DNA of 64,000 nt, from the NCBI GenBank assembly GCA_965235115.1, contig OZ249436.1:45758001-45822000 (forward strand), in the 5' to 3' direction. The notes under the pieces were generated by a model. It searched no databases. It had not been told where the DNA came from and worked only from the letters and a program-made list of their open reading frames with translations. Shown here piece after piece: positions 1 through 12,687 of this stretch (position 1 is the first letter of the stretch; the number at the start of each line of letters is the position of its first letter). This DNA comes from Laetmonice hystrix (Eukaryota). The position numbers and the translations under genes are program-made.

Positions 1-430
1 CACTCTCCTGTAACTCAAGCCTGACTTCAAGCTGGGCTCAGGTACATGGCATTATGTACCGTTAGGATATATAACACTCTCCTGTAACTCAAGCCTGACT
101 TCAAGCTGGGCTCAGGTACATGGCATTATGTACCGTTAGGATATATAACACTCATCTGTAACTCAAGCCTGACTTCAAGCTGGGCTCAGGTACATGGTAT
201 TATGTACCGTTAGGATATATAACACTCATCTGTAACTCAAGCCTGACTTCAAGCTGGGCTCAGGTACCGTTAGAAGATATAACACTCTCCTGTAACTCAA
301 GCCTGACTTCAAGCTGGGCTCAGGTACCGTTAGAAGATATAACACTCTCCTGTAACTCAAGCCTGACTTCAAGCTGGGCTCAGGTACATGGCATTATGTA
401 CCGTTAGAAGATATAAGACTCACCTGTAAG
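1..430. repeat. 74-bp minisatellite (60-bp variants) in gene A intron 1, in register with the splice donor
   Basis: Unit starts at 1, 75, 149, 223, 283 and 343; the next register position, 417, is the real donor (gactcacctgtaag). Confidence 0.95.
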
Positions 431-841
431 ATTAACGATTGCTGGCTTGTGTCGATGCCGAGGGAGTCGAGCGAAGAACTCTAGTTTTGAGATTGCCGGG
501 TGAGTGGCCCACGTGTTGTGACAGCTGGCAGCCCTCGTGTCAAGGTACCGGTCCATGCTCAGAATACCCACATACAACGGTTTCCGGAGGACCAGTTTCT
601 CCGGGAGGAAGGGACCCAGCGTCCCTGGTCCTCCGTTCTCATCCCACCACCTGGAGGACGCGTTCTCCAGGCCACCTCCTCCTGCTCCTCCAGGTGTCGT
701 GTTCCTGGAGATGACTTCATACAGGACGTACCCCAAACACACCATGCTCCCGATCACAATCCCAATCACCACATCAAACACTTTGTTCTTGAAACAGTTT
801 TGACATTTTTGGCACCGTTCACAGCTCGGTATTGAACACAT
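424..841 (-). CDS. Gene A, first coding exon of a chondroitin sulfate synthase (CHSY/CHPF family) type II membrane glycosyltransferase; the gene continues off the left edge
   Basis: ATG at 841 (MCSIPSC...), TM segment VVIGIVIGSMVCLGYVLY, then LYVGILSMDRYLDTRAASCHNTWATH...LEFFA, resembling the CHSY1 N-terminal GT31 motif (FVGVMTAQKYLQTRA..TW..VQFF). Ends at a phase-1 donor ACAG|gtgagt after IVNLTG, the same intron position as in genes B and C. Confidence 0.82.
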
Positions 842-1865
842 GGTAAGACGCTCGTACGTACGGCGGGTGTCCTGCCCGCGCCACGACCAACCCGAGTGTG
901 ACAGCAAGAACTGGGCGACAACTGCTCAACACCGACTAATTACCACTCACTGCCTCTAACAATATCACTGAGCCTCGGCCGCACACCGCCACTTTACATC
1001 GCTCCAGGTGAAAAAAGCGAAACACACTCGTTATCAAACTAATCAGTGTCCCCGCTTTCCTTCCAACACCGGGTCGCCTCAAGAGGTCGAGGACCTGGCG
1101 GTCATTAAAGGCAATCACTGGGAACTGTCCACGGTCAGATTACGAGCGCGTGCCAACATTTAGCAGGACCTGTTGATTCTTGTTCACAGATAGTTTTATC
1201 GGTCTCAAGGCAGAGTGGCATTCAGTAACGATTGTTCGATGATAATCATATATCTCACCTGGAAAACATCAATTATAACATCAGATTATTTAAGGGTGAA
1301 CTTGTCCGATCTTGTACAACATGTATCGAGTGAACACCCACCGTTGTACATGATTGTCTGATTAGGAGTAACCAGTAGTGTCGCAGACGTGCCGTGTTTC
1401 CATGTGGACGTTGCTGTGGTCAACCTAAAACATCGGCATGGGTTAAACGGTAGACAAAGAGAACTGCTAGGAAATATAGCACATCATGAGTGGTCCACTA
1501 AAGGATTTGTAAATGTTAGTTCTTCACCGCCAAACAGGAAAAGCTGGCCGATAAGAAACGATGCTTATCGGAAAGGAAGTAATTACTCCAACTCAAGAAC
1601 ATTTTTTTCTATGAATAATTTACTCCATTCTAGTCGTCTAAATGTTTATATCCAATGAGGAGAGGCATTTGTGCTTAAAGGACCATGTGTTCAAAATAAA
1701 TAAGAGCGTCACAGCAAACGACCTGGTGTAATCTATTAATCAGGTATTATTGGAGGACTGATGTAAATGACGTAAGAGATTGACAGGGTTTGCTTTGATA
1801 GACATGGACCAACGATTATAGTAAAGAGACAGGGAGGTTCCTTTGACGGCCTGCGACCTTGTGGG

Positions 1866-2208
1866 TCCTTTACATCTGGGATTCCTTTACATCTGTGATT
1901 CCTTTACATCTGTGACTCCTTTACATCTGTGATTCCTTTACATCAGTGATTCCTTTACATCTGTGATTCCTTTACATCTGTGATTCCTTTACATCTGTGA
2001 TTCCTTTACATCAGTGATTCCTTTACATCTGTGATTTCTTTACATCTGTGATTCCTTTACATCTGTGATTCCTTTACATCTGTGATTCCTTTACATCTGT
2101 GATTCCTTTACATCAGTGATTCCTTTACATCTGTGATCCCTGCTGTGCATGGGGTGATCCCTGCTGTGGGGTGATCTCTGTTGTGGGGTGATCCCTGCTG
2201 TGGGGTGT
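1866..2208. repeat. 17-bp minisatellite (ttcctttacatctgtga), about 16 copies, followed by a related gatccctgctgtggggt variant
   Basis: Direct inspection. Confidence 0.95.
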
Positions 2209-4804
2209 TTCGTTGGCACATAGGGACTTATAATTATGTGTAGTATAGGCCTAGGTGATCACTAATGTGACGTAATTCAACTGTCCTATTACATGTAAAT
2301 CTATGTAAATGGGACATTCATTATAAGATAACCTACCTGGCTAACATCCCATTCCCCTCGCGTGAGCCTCGTTTCAGGATGACCACGTGCGCGTTTCAAT
2401 ATGACGTACACAGTGACGTCATGAGATATCAATTCGGAGTGACGTGACGTCACAGTTGATTGGCGAGAGTCGGTCTGCTGATGCCAAGATCTGTGCACAG
2501 GAGTGGTCCAAGGACGGGTATCATAATGCCCCATGTAATGATCACTCAATCTGGCTTGTGTGATTACGACAAATCTTTGACCATAGGCTCCATGTCCGCA
2601 CAGTTCGCTTCCACGTTTATCGTCATTAAACAAGATGGACGTTATCAGCGTGCCACAATGTAAGAACTGGAAACTGCAGTTTATCCTCCTTTACGCTTTT
2701 TGTAAAATGTGCTCCGAGGCCTTTTTGCTTAAAAGCTAAAAACGACCTCTATTGTGTGAAACTGTCCAACACAGATCTCGGCTGTTCTTTCATTCAGTCG
2801 TCCTCAAGCACAACATCGTCTTCAAACGAAACGAATGACTCGGAGCAGTGGAGAGATAGTCGCTGGGTGAATGTTGCTAATATCAACTCGTCGAAAGACA
2901 AAAAAAGTCAGTTGTGGCATTAGGGCATGGTGAACGAGGTCAGAAACATCTTCAGGCTCCTTGCGTGTGGGTTGTCGTGACATGACTGAAGTCGACTGCC
3001 AACGACCCGCTGTGGCCTGAAGCCATGTCTACAGTGCCGCCGGAGGCTCTGCCTTGGTTGCCCCAGTGCTGACTTCATAAAGTAGATCGTCTAAATGCCT
3101 AATTGTGGTCGGGGTGCACGGGCATGTGGGAACAGACGCTGTGTTGTGAGAGAGCGTCCGACGTGACGCGGCCGTACCGCTGACCATCAAAGAACGGCGT
3201 CTAGCAGACGATAATTTCAGGGACGCCGGTGTGAGGGCACTGGAGCAGTTCACTTCATTCTTAGTGCACGGTGCACTATAATAATGATCAGCCGGGTATG
3301 GGCCACCCAGTCTCCCCTATAAACTCCTTAAAGTCATTGACGTATCCATATACGCTGACGCTAACGTGACAATATCCTAATTCGGATGTATTTAGCAGAC
3401 TTCTAAACACCCAGCTAAAAACAGTGCTTAACTCACCTTGGCTGTCCATCGACGGGCATCACACGCAGGTCTAAGGGCTCTGTATCATGGATAAACCATT
3501 GAGATTATACTGATCACCAGCAAGTTTCCTTGGCTGCATTGTGACAGACGAGAAGATGACAGGCTTCTCTCAGTCCACTCATGCGTATGTTCGAGGTAAA
3601 TCGCTGGGCCTGAGAGCACACTTAGAACGGCACCACACATAGGACACACAAGGGGCACATAAGGTACGGATAATTGGTCGCGGCACGCAATCCCGTCCGC
3701 CGAGCCAAGAACTCTACCTAACAACACATAATGAGACTTTAAGAACTTTCACAAGACTTGACCGTCTGTGAGCCAATCTACAATAGAAGGTGAGCCAATG
3801 CTCCTGGCACCTCACCCCACACCGGAAGGAAGAGCCGTCCATGTTTACACGCCTTGAGAACTCGCCTGGTACACACTATGGCTCTGGCAAGACAGGAAAA
3901 AGTTAAATTGTTCGTGGTTTGTATGCTCAGGACTTCCGTTATTTAGTGCCCCAGCAACCGAGAGCGTTGGGTCAAGTTTGTTTTCCTCCGACAAAGATCA
4001 CGCATGACTGTAAAGTTTAGATGTCTCCAACTTTACACAATGTTACCCTCATAAAACAGTAATTCACGTGTTGATGTGACGTATTTATGTGGTGGTATTG
4101 CCAGGTGATACGCCCACATAACCCCCTTGTAGACAATCAAAGCAACTCGATTATTCTCTCGATTTACTTTCGTCGGTTGTGTAACTAAAAAAAAAAGAAT
4201 GGCAGTAAATATATGTTTGTACAGACATACAATGCGCAAGGATGTGTCCCGATGACGAGGATATCAAAGATGGCTGTTTCTCCATGATGTCCGCCATCGT
4301 TTGCACAGAGTTTTTATTATATGGATGATCTTTTATGACTACTTAGGCCTACTTTATATGGACAACGTTCCATGAGTGTTGTACTGGGTCAGTCGATGCT
4401 CTATCCTAGTCCCGGTAGATAACAATAGGTGTTATATTAACCCACCCCCGACATTCCAGCTTACACTTGACTGAATCCTTCCTGGTGAGTCGGTGAGAGC
4501 CATGGCAGGGTAATATATACAGTTAACGGTAAACTTTCGGTACGTACAAACATGGAAATACCCATTGAAACGCTTCCTCACAACTGATTGGAGACTGAGA
4601 GCCTACTTTATACGCTGGGTCGGACGTAATATCAAGCATCAATACTGCTGAGTGGGCCAAGTCAAAGAAACTTCATACCCGCCAGTTTCAACGGACAGAA
4701 AATGTCATGGCATTGTGTATAGAAGGGGGGGGGGGGTTCTTACTAACACTACGTTTTATGGATGTTGATTTCTCAGGTATTTTCTACGCAGTGACGCATG
4801 TGCG

Positions 4805-5587
4805 CCATAACAAGTCTGAACTTGCTGCAATGTGCGCCAAGGTTTGCGGAACTAGTTCCAATGTACTCTTGAAGCTGGTCAGGGATTTACATGTATACCA
4901 TAACAAGTCTGAACTTGCTGCAATGTGTGCCAAGGTTTGCGGAACTAGTTCCAATGTACTCTTGACGCTGGTCAGGGGTGTACATGTACATGTATATAAC
5001 AAGTCTGAGCTTGCTGCAATGTGCGCCAAGGTGTGCGGAACTAGTTCCAATGTACTCTTGAAGCTGGTCAGGGGTGTACATCAATCTAATTAAAATTAGA
5101 TCTTGGTATTCCGCGTCTCTCTCGGCTGTTTCAGTGCTGCCGCGCTCCATACCTGGATCTAAGGACATCCCATTAGGGGTCACCTCAGGTTGACCTCTGG
5201 ATTCAGCCAATCAGCGAGTCGCCTACGAAATCTTCGGTGTGCGCTCGTAGGCATTTTCAACGGCACACTTGAATCTGGGTCAAAGGTCAGCCTGAGGTTA
5301 CCCCATACGCGATGCCGTTAGATCCTAGTATGGAGCGCATGCGAAATAACTAGACCAAATTTTAATTAGATTGGGGTGTACATGTACATGTATACCATAA
5401 CAAGTCTGAGCTTGCTGCAATGTGCGCCAAGGTGTGCGGAACTAGTTCCAATGTACTCTTGAAGCTGGTCAGGGGTTTACATGTACATGTATACCATAAC
5501 AAGTCTGAGCTTGCTGCAATGTGTGCCAAGGTGTGCGGAACTAGTTCCAATGTACTCTTGAAGCTGGTCAGGGGTGTATACCATAAC
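4805..5587. repeat. 87-99-bp tandem repeat (about 5 copies) interrupted by a MITE
   Basis: Unit ccataacaagtctga...gctggtcaggggtgtacatg occurs on both sides of 5082-5373. Confidence 0.92.
5082..5373. mobile_element. Non-autonomous foldback DNA transposon (MITE) with a 10-bp TSD, possibly Mutator-like
   Basis: Termini caatctaattaaaatt / aattttaattagattg, long imperfect internal inverted repeat, and gggtgtacat duplicated at 5072-5081 and 5374-5383. Confidence 0.88.
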
Positions 5588-7329
5588 AATAGTTATCTTG
5601 TCGTTGTTAAATCAATTATCAGAAAGATTACGCAAAAAGTAGGATCCAAGCTTTGGCTACAGAATGGTCGAATAACCGCCCTCTTGTATAATATATGTTC
5701 AGTAAAGTAAAAAATAAAAAAATGAAACCGTGATAAAATGGCACCCCATTGTTTAGATAGGTCTACACTCGAGACTTTCTAAGTTGAATTACAAAGAACC
5801 TCCTCCGACAGTACCCTTAACCCCCACCCCTTACACCCCCACCCCTTACACCCCTCCCTCTACAAATTCCTTACTACAGGGAAGTCTGTCATTATCACTA
5901 TACGTCACAATTATAGCCTCCGGCGTCAGCTGTGTGACTGGGAACGGCTGCCTGTCCAGGAGACCGACGGCTGCGTGATTGGCAGCTGATTGGTAGCTGA
6001 TTGGTGGCTGATTGGTACCTTCTATGCTCGGGGTCTGTTTGATTGATATGTGATTAGATCTTGTTTGCCTGTTTAAGGCGACGACTGGGGTCCGCCTGTG
6101 ACAGTGTGACACCACCTACAATATTTGTCTGTCATTACACTCAATGGTAATCAGGGCAGGTTCCATTGTACGTAATTAATCACCAATTAATTCAGGTTAT
6201 TCACATCAATCTATGTCACAATGGGTGGTCAAACCAGATGGAATGCGATTTATTCTCTCAAACATATTTTCGACCAAGTGTAGTGTTAACACTTGAATCA
6301 ATGAAAACAGTTATCTGTAAAGACCGATGTGAGTGTCTGTGGAGGGGAGGTCTACATCAATGCTAGGTAAGAGCGTCCCAAAGTGTCTTTGACAAGGCCG
6401 TGGGGGCGTGCAGGTAAGCCCCACTCGAACTTGCCCGAACTTGCCCGATTGGTCACCTATGGACGGGAAAAGAACGAGACAGTATTCAAACCTTTCTGAA
6501 TGCTTCTCAACAAATGCGACCATTGATCACGTGACTGACTTAAAGAAATACCTGCTCACACGGAGGGCACACCATGCAGCTTTCGGCGGTGTGCATCTGC
6601 CACGGCTTTAATTCTTGCGTAGGGGGCTATGCCTTCATCTGCTGGGGCAGAGCATATACTTTCGGGCACAATACCCTTTCACGGGTGGAATGTATGTGTG
6701 GTTGTGTTTCCATGACGACCCCCAAGGTGTCGATTAGCAATGTAATGCCCACCTGTTGGGACACATTTGCTATTGTCCCTTTGTTGTAAGCAGCGTTCCG
6801 GTTGGTCCATCAGTGTCTGGTGTTAACACCCCATGAGCACGTTAAGGTAGCAATATGCAAACATATGCCAAACGTAGCTACTCAAGATTGGTTGGGGCGT
6901 AACCAATACTGACATCGGAGATACAGTTGCCTTACTGCTGGTGACCGTTCTCTGTGTCCTGCCCGGGGGGGGGGGGGGGGCTCTCGGCCCCCTCCACCCT
7001 CCTCATAGATAAAACCAAGACACGTGGGACCCGCACATGGCGAACTGCATCATGGGTGGTTTATACTACCTCCTCCCCCATTACCGGACAGTGAATTACA
7101 TGAAGTCAAATTCTACACCATTAAAAAGATAACAAGATACAATGGGCACGTTGGTGAGCGCCTAGAATCAGATATGATTAGTAGAAGCCATTCATGTAAT
7201 TATGGGGTCGTGTGTATGGGGGTGATAGACTGGGACAACCTATTGTGTTATTCTACCCCTGGGGTATGTTGAAACTACACACCAGGGCAATAATGTCAAG
7301 GTGAACCATTAGTGATATGGGACACAAGG

Positions 7330-7457
7330 TTGTAGGGACGGGGAGGAAGTCTTGTTTGTTATAAATACACTTTGTAGGGACGGGGAGGAAGTCTTGTTTG
7401 TTACAAATACACTTTGTAGGGACGGGGAGGAAGTCTTGTTTGTTATGAATACACTTC
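7330..7457. repeat. 42-bp tandem repeat, 3 copies
   Basis: ttgtagggacggggaggaagtcttgtttgtt... at 7330, 7372 and 7414. Confidence 0.9.
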
Positions 7458-8334
7458 CATACGTAAATCATTAATTGTAATCAACGATCGAGATGTTATG
7501 TCGGAAGATATATCAAGCGAGTCTCACAGGCACATGTCCGTTCACGTCTCAGCTATACGGAGACTAATGCGTCATCGTGCCAAACGTGATGGTATAGTAG
7601 GAGGATACAAGGATCGTGCGAATGGATATCACCTTTAAAAAAACAGTGTGATCATCATTACTTGTACACTTTACACGACTGTACCGGGTCAGTTCACGAC
7701 CACGTGGGCATGTATCAGGTCTACACGACTGTACCGGGTCAGGTCAAGACGGGCATGTATCAGGTTTTTTCCCCGAACAGATGAGACAATCTTTTCCGGT
7801 ATTTTGTCCCGCCAGCTACTCCCGTTCGTTTACATATCATAAGACATGTTTTACAATTGATGGCAATCACTCGCTAATTGGCCACCAAGTTCATTTATCT
7901 CATTAAAAGAATATTTCTATACGATGAAAATATGGTAACTAACCGGATGTAAGGAATGATCTGATAGTGATACTGGGACAGAGCCAATAGTTTTATCATC
8001 AGTAGATCGTGTGCTTGGGAACGAGGCACTGACCCTTAACGACCTCACATACAGGGATGTACAGATGTGCAACGTTAATTACTCTATAAAAAGGTAAAAT
8101 AGCCAACTTCCGCTGGGCAGTCTGTTTTTTGATGGCATTACGAAAACATCGACGTTGAATAAAGGTGTAACTAGTTCTGTAAACTCCACAACAGTTTCCC
8201 GTCATAATTTACGGAGAACCTCCTTATGCATGACGACAAGTTTGGTTACCGTAGGGTTATGGTTAAAATTAATCTATAATACTATTCTATTTAACTTCGG
8301 ATCGATCTAGGATCAAGTTATTCACCAACCACAG

Positions 8335-8430
8335 GAAGAAGAAGAAGAAGAAGACGAAGAAGATGAAGAAGAAGATGAAGAAGAAGATGAAGAAGAAGAA
8401 GACGAAGAAGAAGACGAAGAGAGAGAAGAA
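8335..8430. repeat. (GAA)n microsatellite
   Basis: Direct inspection. Confidence 0.95.
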
Positions 8431-9351
8431 AAAACCGCAGGTGTTAGATTCTGCAAAATTCCTTTTTGTCATGGCTAATGTAACCGGATGTACTTTAAAA
8501 CCAACATGGCCTCCTCCTAATGCTGCCCCCTGGTGTTCGATCGTGTAGATAAAGAAAGCATCTTTATGACCATGGTTAAGAAAGTGCACGCCTCCCTGAG
8601 GGTATTGTGACGTAACCACGTCATACACTGACGGCCTTTGTGACGTTACGCACCCGGAGGATGCCCGCGAGTGTCGGGAATTATGACAGCGGCGTTCACT
8701 CCGTCTGCCAAACGTGGTTTGCCTGGGGTAGTGTCTGAACGCGGGCAGCACCCCCGGGTTCGGGGGAAAAATCCCTGCCCTGGCGGCAACCTTAATGAGA
8801 TAACGGTGGACCACCGTAGACGGCTTCACCCGAGTGCCGTACGCTATCAGTCTGGTGGAATGTACATCAGTAGGGATGGAATGTAAATAAGGTCATGTGA
8901 CTATAGTCCGACGCCCACAGTGGTGATCTGGACGATACCCCGAGGGGTTATACGATTTCACACCTTTGTCTTTAGCCTAATGTTACCAAATGTTGTGAGT
9001 GCCCATAAGAAGGAGATAGAGGTCCTGTTTTATCGGGAATAATGAGCTATTTGCAGGTTCTTCATCAGTAACTAATACGGTCATATTGAAACGGCTCTGA
9101 ACACTTTTCTCTCCTCTAGACGAACGTATGTGAGGGTGTGAAGGCCACTGGCGCATTTAGAGAACCGTAAGCGAGGTGCAGGGTCGGGCTAGAGTTTGTA
9201 CGGTGGGCAGGAGTGGCCTCAAACTATATATTAACCCCATCTTTGGCAACTCAAAATGGAAATTGTCCAATTTCCATCAAAATGGTCGAAGATAGTAGGT
9301 TTGGTGTAACCTTGAATATTGCTATCCCTTCCTCACCGAGAAAATAACACA

Positions 9352-9792
9352 GTCCCTTTGCCTCCCGATAACCGAACCCATGTGTTAGCGTCCCTTTGCC
9401 TCCCCATAACCGAACCCATGTCTTAGCGTGCCTATGTCTCCCCATAACCGAACCCATGTCTTAGCGTGCCTATGTCTCCCCATAACCGAATCCATGTCTT
9501 AGCGTCCCTATGTCTCCCCATAACCGAACCCATGTCTTAGCGTGCCTATGTCTCCCCATAACCTAATCCATGTCTTAGCGTCCCTATGTCTCCCCATAAC
9601 CGAACCCATGTCTTAGCGTGCCTATGTCTCCCCATAACCGAACCCATGTCTTAGCGTGCCTATGTCTCCCCATAACCGAACCCATGTCTTAGCGTGCCTA
9701 TGTCTCCCCATAACCGAACCCATGTCTTAGCGTGCCTATGTCTCCCCATAACCGAATCCATGTCTTAGCGTCCCTATGTCTCCCCATAACCC
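9352..9792. repeat. 38-bp minisatellite, about 11 copies
   Basis: Unit ataaccgaacccatgtcttagcgtgcctatgtctcccc. Confidence 0.95.
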
Positions 9793-10118
9793 GTGTCCGA
9801 GTCCTACTTCTGTACATTAAGTTTTGTGACTAATTCCACCGATATGATTTTTACATCATTCCGAGAATCTCCCAATTGTTTCCCGTAGGACCGAGCACAC
9901 GTGACGCTTCACACTGACGCTTCACGCCAGTTAGCATGTAGCGTCACGTCGGGTGTGCATCCTGTGCTTACTGTAATTATCATTATTTACTTCCTTCCCG
10001 GAAACTATTAGCGGATCAAGTCGTTCAATAGGACCAGCAATTGTTTGCCTTGATCTATTGCTTCGTAATGTAAAGATACCACTAAAGATCATTAACACTT
10101 AATCTACGTGTTATTCTC

Positions 10119-10367
10119 GGCCCGGTTTTTTGTTTACTTTTCCACCGTCAGCAAGGATGAGCTGAGCTGAGCAAGGGTGAGCATGAGCTCATGCTGACTG
10201 TTTTGCTTACCTTTTTTTCGTGAGCTTGCTCACCATGAGCATGCCTCACGGGACCTCCCCCCCCCCCCAAAAAAAAACGAAAACGGTGAGCATGAGCTCA
10301 TGCTCACCCTTGCTCAGCTCAGCTCACCCTTGCTCACGGTGGAAAAGTAAACAAAAAATACCGGGCC
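10119..10367. mobile_element. MITE with inverted repeats of about 80 bp (GGCCCGG termini, PIF/Harbinger-like)
   Basis: ggcccggttttttgtttacttttccaccgt... pairs with ...acggtggaaaagtaaacaaaaaataccgggcc. No exact TSD (ctc versus cag). Confidence 0.8.
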
Positions 10368-10767
10368 CAGGAGCAACCTCCTTTCCTGATCAACTAGATT
10401 TAATAGACGTTTCACTGATCTGATCTTTAAAATCAGTAACATGTCAGAAAGGGAACCGTCCACTGTAGACCAACATGGCAAAAACATATTCTGTTTATTA
10501 AACTCAGACTCCACTTAACAAATCTTCACTTTTACTAAAGTTTGGCACTCTTTATTGTATCCACAACTTGACGGCAATATGACGGATACACTCTAATATC
10601 GACAACACCCTCCAGGTGGCGCTATGGATGGTGATTTTTGCAAGGGTCTGTGGGTAATATGCGGAAGATGCATACATCGCTGATTATCTTTCGTCCGTTT
10701 TAATTCACGGACACTCTTTCACTTTTATTTACGACTCCATTTACACATTTCTAAGAGTCGTCTCTGA

Positions 10768-12162
10768 TCACTGCATGTTCATATATTTTTGCTCCTTAAC
10801 ACAATCGTTTCGCAGCAGGGAACTTTCACTAGCACACAGGTCCTTACGCCATACCCTGACCAGGCCCGGGTCTGGGGCCCTGAAAACTGTCATGGTCTCG
10901 GAATCCTCAAACATATTATACAGGTCTCGAGAAGAACTCGGTAAGTGTTGAAAAGTTTGTAAATCTTCATTATATGTACACAATGTGGTGAAGTCCGAAT
11001 TGGCCCAGAAACCGTCCTCAGACGACAAGGCAGACTCTAACACGTCAGCGTCAGGTAAGGAGCTAACACCCAATCCTGCAGCTGCGCTTTGGGCGTACCT
11101 TTGAAAGACTACGGGGAAATACGCTCGTTTGTACACGTAGGTGTTCATTTGACAGCGAAACAAGAACTCCTTGCTGAACAGCACCTCTGTTGGCATGAAA
11201 GCAAGAAGATCGTCCCTGGAGAATGCTGAGTCAGCCATTTGTATTGTTCTGGCTACGGTAAAACTTTCTCCTTGAACTTGCAGGACCTGATACTCAAAGT
11301 GTGGGTGCCGCGTTTTTAGGTCTGCCAGAGTGTCTCCCAACACACTGCTGCCTTCATCCAAAACTAGCTTCGATTTTTTAAAAAGGACAAAAAGAACAGA
11401 ACAGCGGCCTTTCATGTTGGCAGGGGTAAGACAGACACGTTGGTAGTTTTGTAGAAACCTGTCCAAGGATTGCCCGGAACCGGAAGTGGGAACGACAAAG
11501 TTAACAGGTTTCACTTCCTGTACTTCCTTCTCTTCCATCTCGGGACGTCCATACGGTTGTTGGACGGTCACTTGGTACACACGTTCCTTGGTCCGGGGAG
11601 CTTTCTTACCAGGAGCATCCTCTGTAATCTCTTCAATAAAATAAAAATGATACTCAACGCCAAGGTTAGGCTTATCGACCTTGTAGGCGAACGACTCGAA
11701 GTTACCCGAGCCTGGGAATGGGTTGACCTTGCGGACGCTCTCCTGAGCCAGCAGCAGTGCCGTTTGATACGCAGACATAGCGTCCCTACCAGCGTCCTGT
11801 TTGCGAACCTTGCATGTGTCTAGAAATATTCCCCCGTCCCTGTCAATGAATTGATAGAATGGCTCTGTGCTTTTATTGACAAGAGATCCGGATCCAAAGA
11901 TTGCAGACTCTTCGAGATTCAGAGTTTTGGTTTCTCTCTGAGGTAAGATCGAGCGGTGGGTGCGTGCTAGTTCTTTCCCCAGTCGGTAGATTTCATCCTG
12001 TGTTTTCCGGATTCTCATTCGTGTGAAGTGGAGATGAAGAGTGTAAAAGTCGTCTGGAGATTCCATACGGGTTATGAATATTGTGTCGTCTTCAATGAGT
12101 TGGACGGCCATGGCAGCGCTGATCGTGCTTTCTCCCGAATACACGTGTAAGGTTGGCGATAT
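10768..12162 (-). CDS. Gene B last coding exon (CHGN/GT7-like C-terminal domain); full protein about 776 aa, CHPF-like
   Basis: Acceptor ttccgcctgcag, in frame with ORF 10768..12144. Motifs YKVDKPNLGVEY, VNFVVP, EFLFRCQMNT....AYFPVVFQRY, DGFW, VFRAPDPGLVRVW. Stop at 10768; AATAAA-type signals near 10724 and 10551 on the minus strand. Confidence 0.9.
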   Translation of the reverse strand: MSPTLHVYSGESTISAAMAVQLIEDDTIFITRMESPDDFYTLHLHFTRMRIRKTQDEIYRLGKELARTHRSILPQRETKTLNLEESAIFGSGSLVNKSTEPFYQFIDRDGGIFLDTCKVRKQDAGRDAMSAYQTALLLAQESVRKVNPFPGSGNFESFAYKVDKPNLGVEYHFYFIEEITEDAPGKKAPRTKERVYQVTVQQPYGRPEMEEKEVQEVKPVNFVVPTSGSGQSLDRFLQNYQRVCLTPANMKGRCSVLFVLFKKSKLVLDEGSSVLGDTLADLKTRHPHFEYQVLQVQGESFTVARTIQMADSAFSRDDLLAFMPTEVLFSKEFLFRCQMNTYVYKRAYFPVVFQRYAQSAAAGLGVSSLPDADVLESALSSEDGFWANSDFTTLCTYNEDLQTFQHLPSSSRDLYNMFEDSETMTVFRAPDPGLVRVWRKDLCASESSLLRNDCVKEQKYMNMQ

Positions 12163-12339
12163 CTGCAGGCGGAAAGATAAAGTTATCCTAAAATGTTTCT
12201 AAATAAAGGAGGGTAATTTTATGGCCATACTGGGGATTGCAATATTTTACCATCAAATTACTAATGGACATTATTATACGAAATATCAATCAGACTTTAG
12301 TTGTTGATACCAGGTTGATACATTTTCTGTTGTGCCCCC

Positions 12340-12446
12340 CTCTGTCTATCTGACTATCTGTCTGTCTCTCTCTGTCTGTCTCTCTCTCTATCTCTCTCTG
12401 TCTCCCCTCCAGACCCCAGTTCTCTGTCTCTCTAAGTCTGTCTCTG

Positions 12447-12478
<32 letters not shown>

Positions 12479-12480
12479 CC
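12340..12480. repeat. CT/GTCT compound microsatellite in gene B intron 3
   Basis: Direct inspection. Confidence 0.85.
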
Positions 12481-12502
12481 CCCCGACCCCAGTTGTGCGT
12501 AC

Positions 12503-12687
12503 CTCGGCTGAAGACACGCACTGAATACCACCGACGTAGTGAAGACACCGTGCGAAGTCACGTGACGCGTCAGCCGGATGTGCGTGTTGACGACATTGAG
12601 CAATGACCGGACACAGCCGAGACAAGAGGTGCGAACTGAAGATCATCCCAGCTTCTACTAAACACGTGTGGGAATCCATTGCCAAAC
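12503..12687 (-). CDS. Gene B coding exon 3
   Basis: Acceptor tcttttttctag. Encodes CLVEAGMIFSSHLLSRLCPVIAQC...FARCLHYVGGIQCVSSAE (family motif C..G.G...S..LL....P.I..C...GRC.....G.QC). Donor GAG|gtacgc, phase 0. Confidence 0.85.

Noticed and set aside
8287..8829. 180-aa ORF with poly-Phe
   Set aside because: Driven by the (GAA)n microsatellite; no family similarity.
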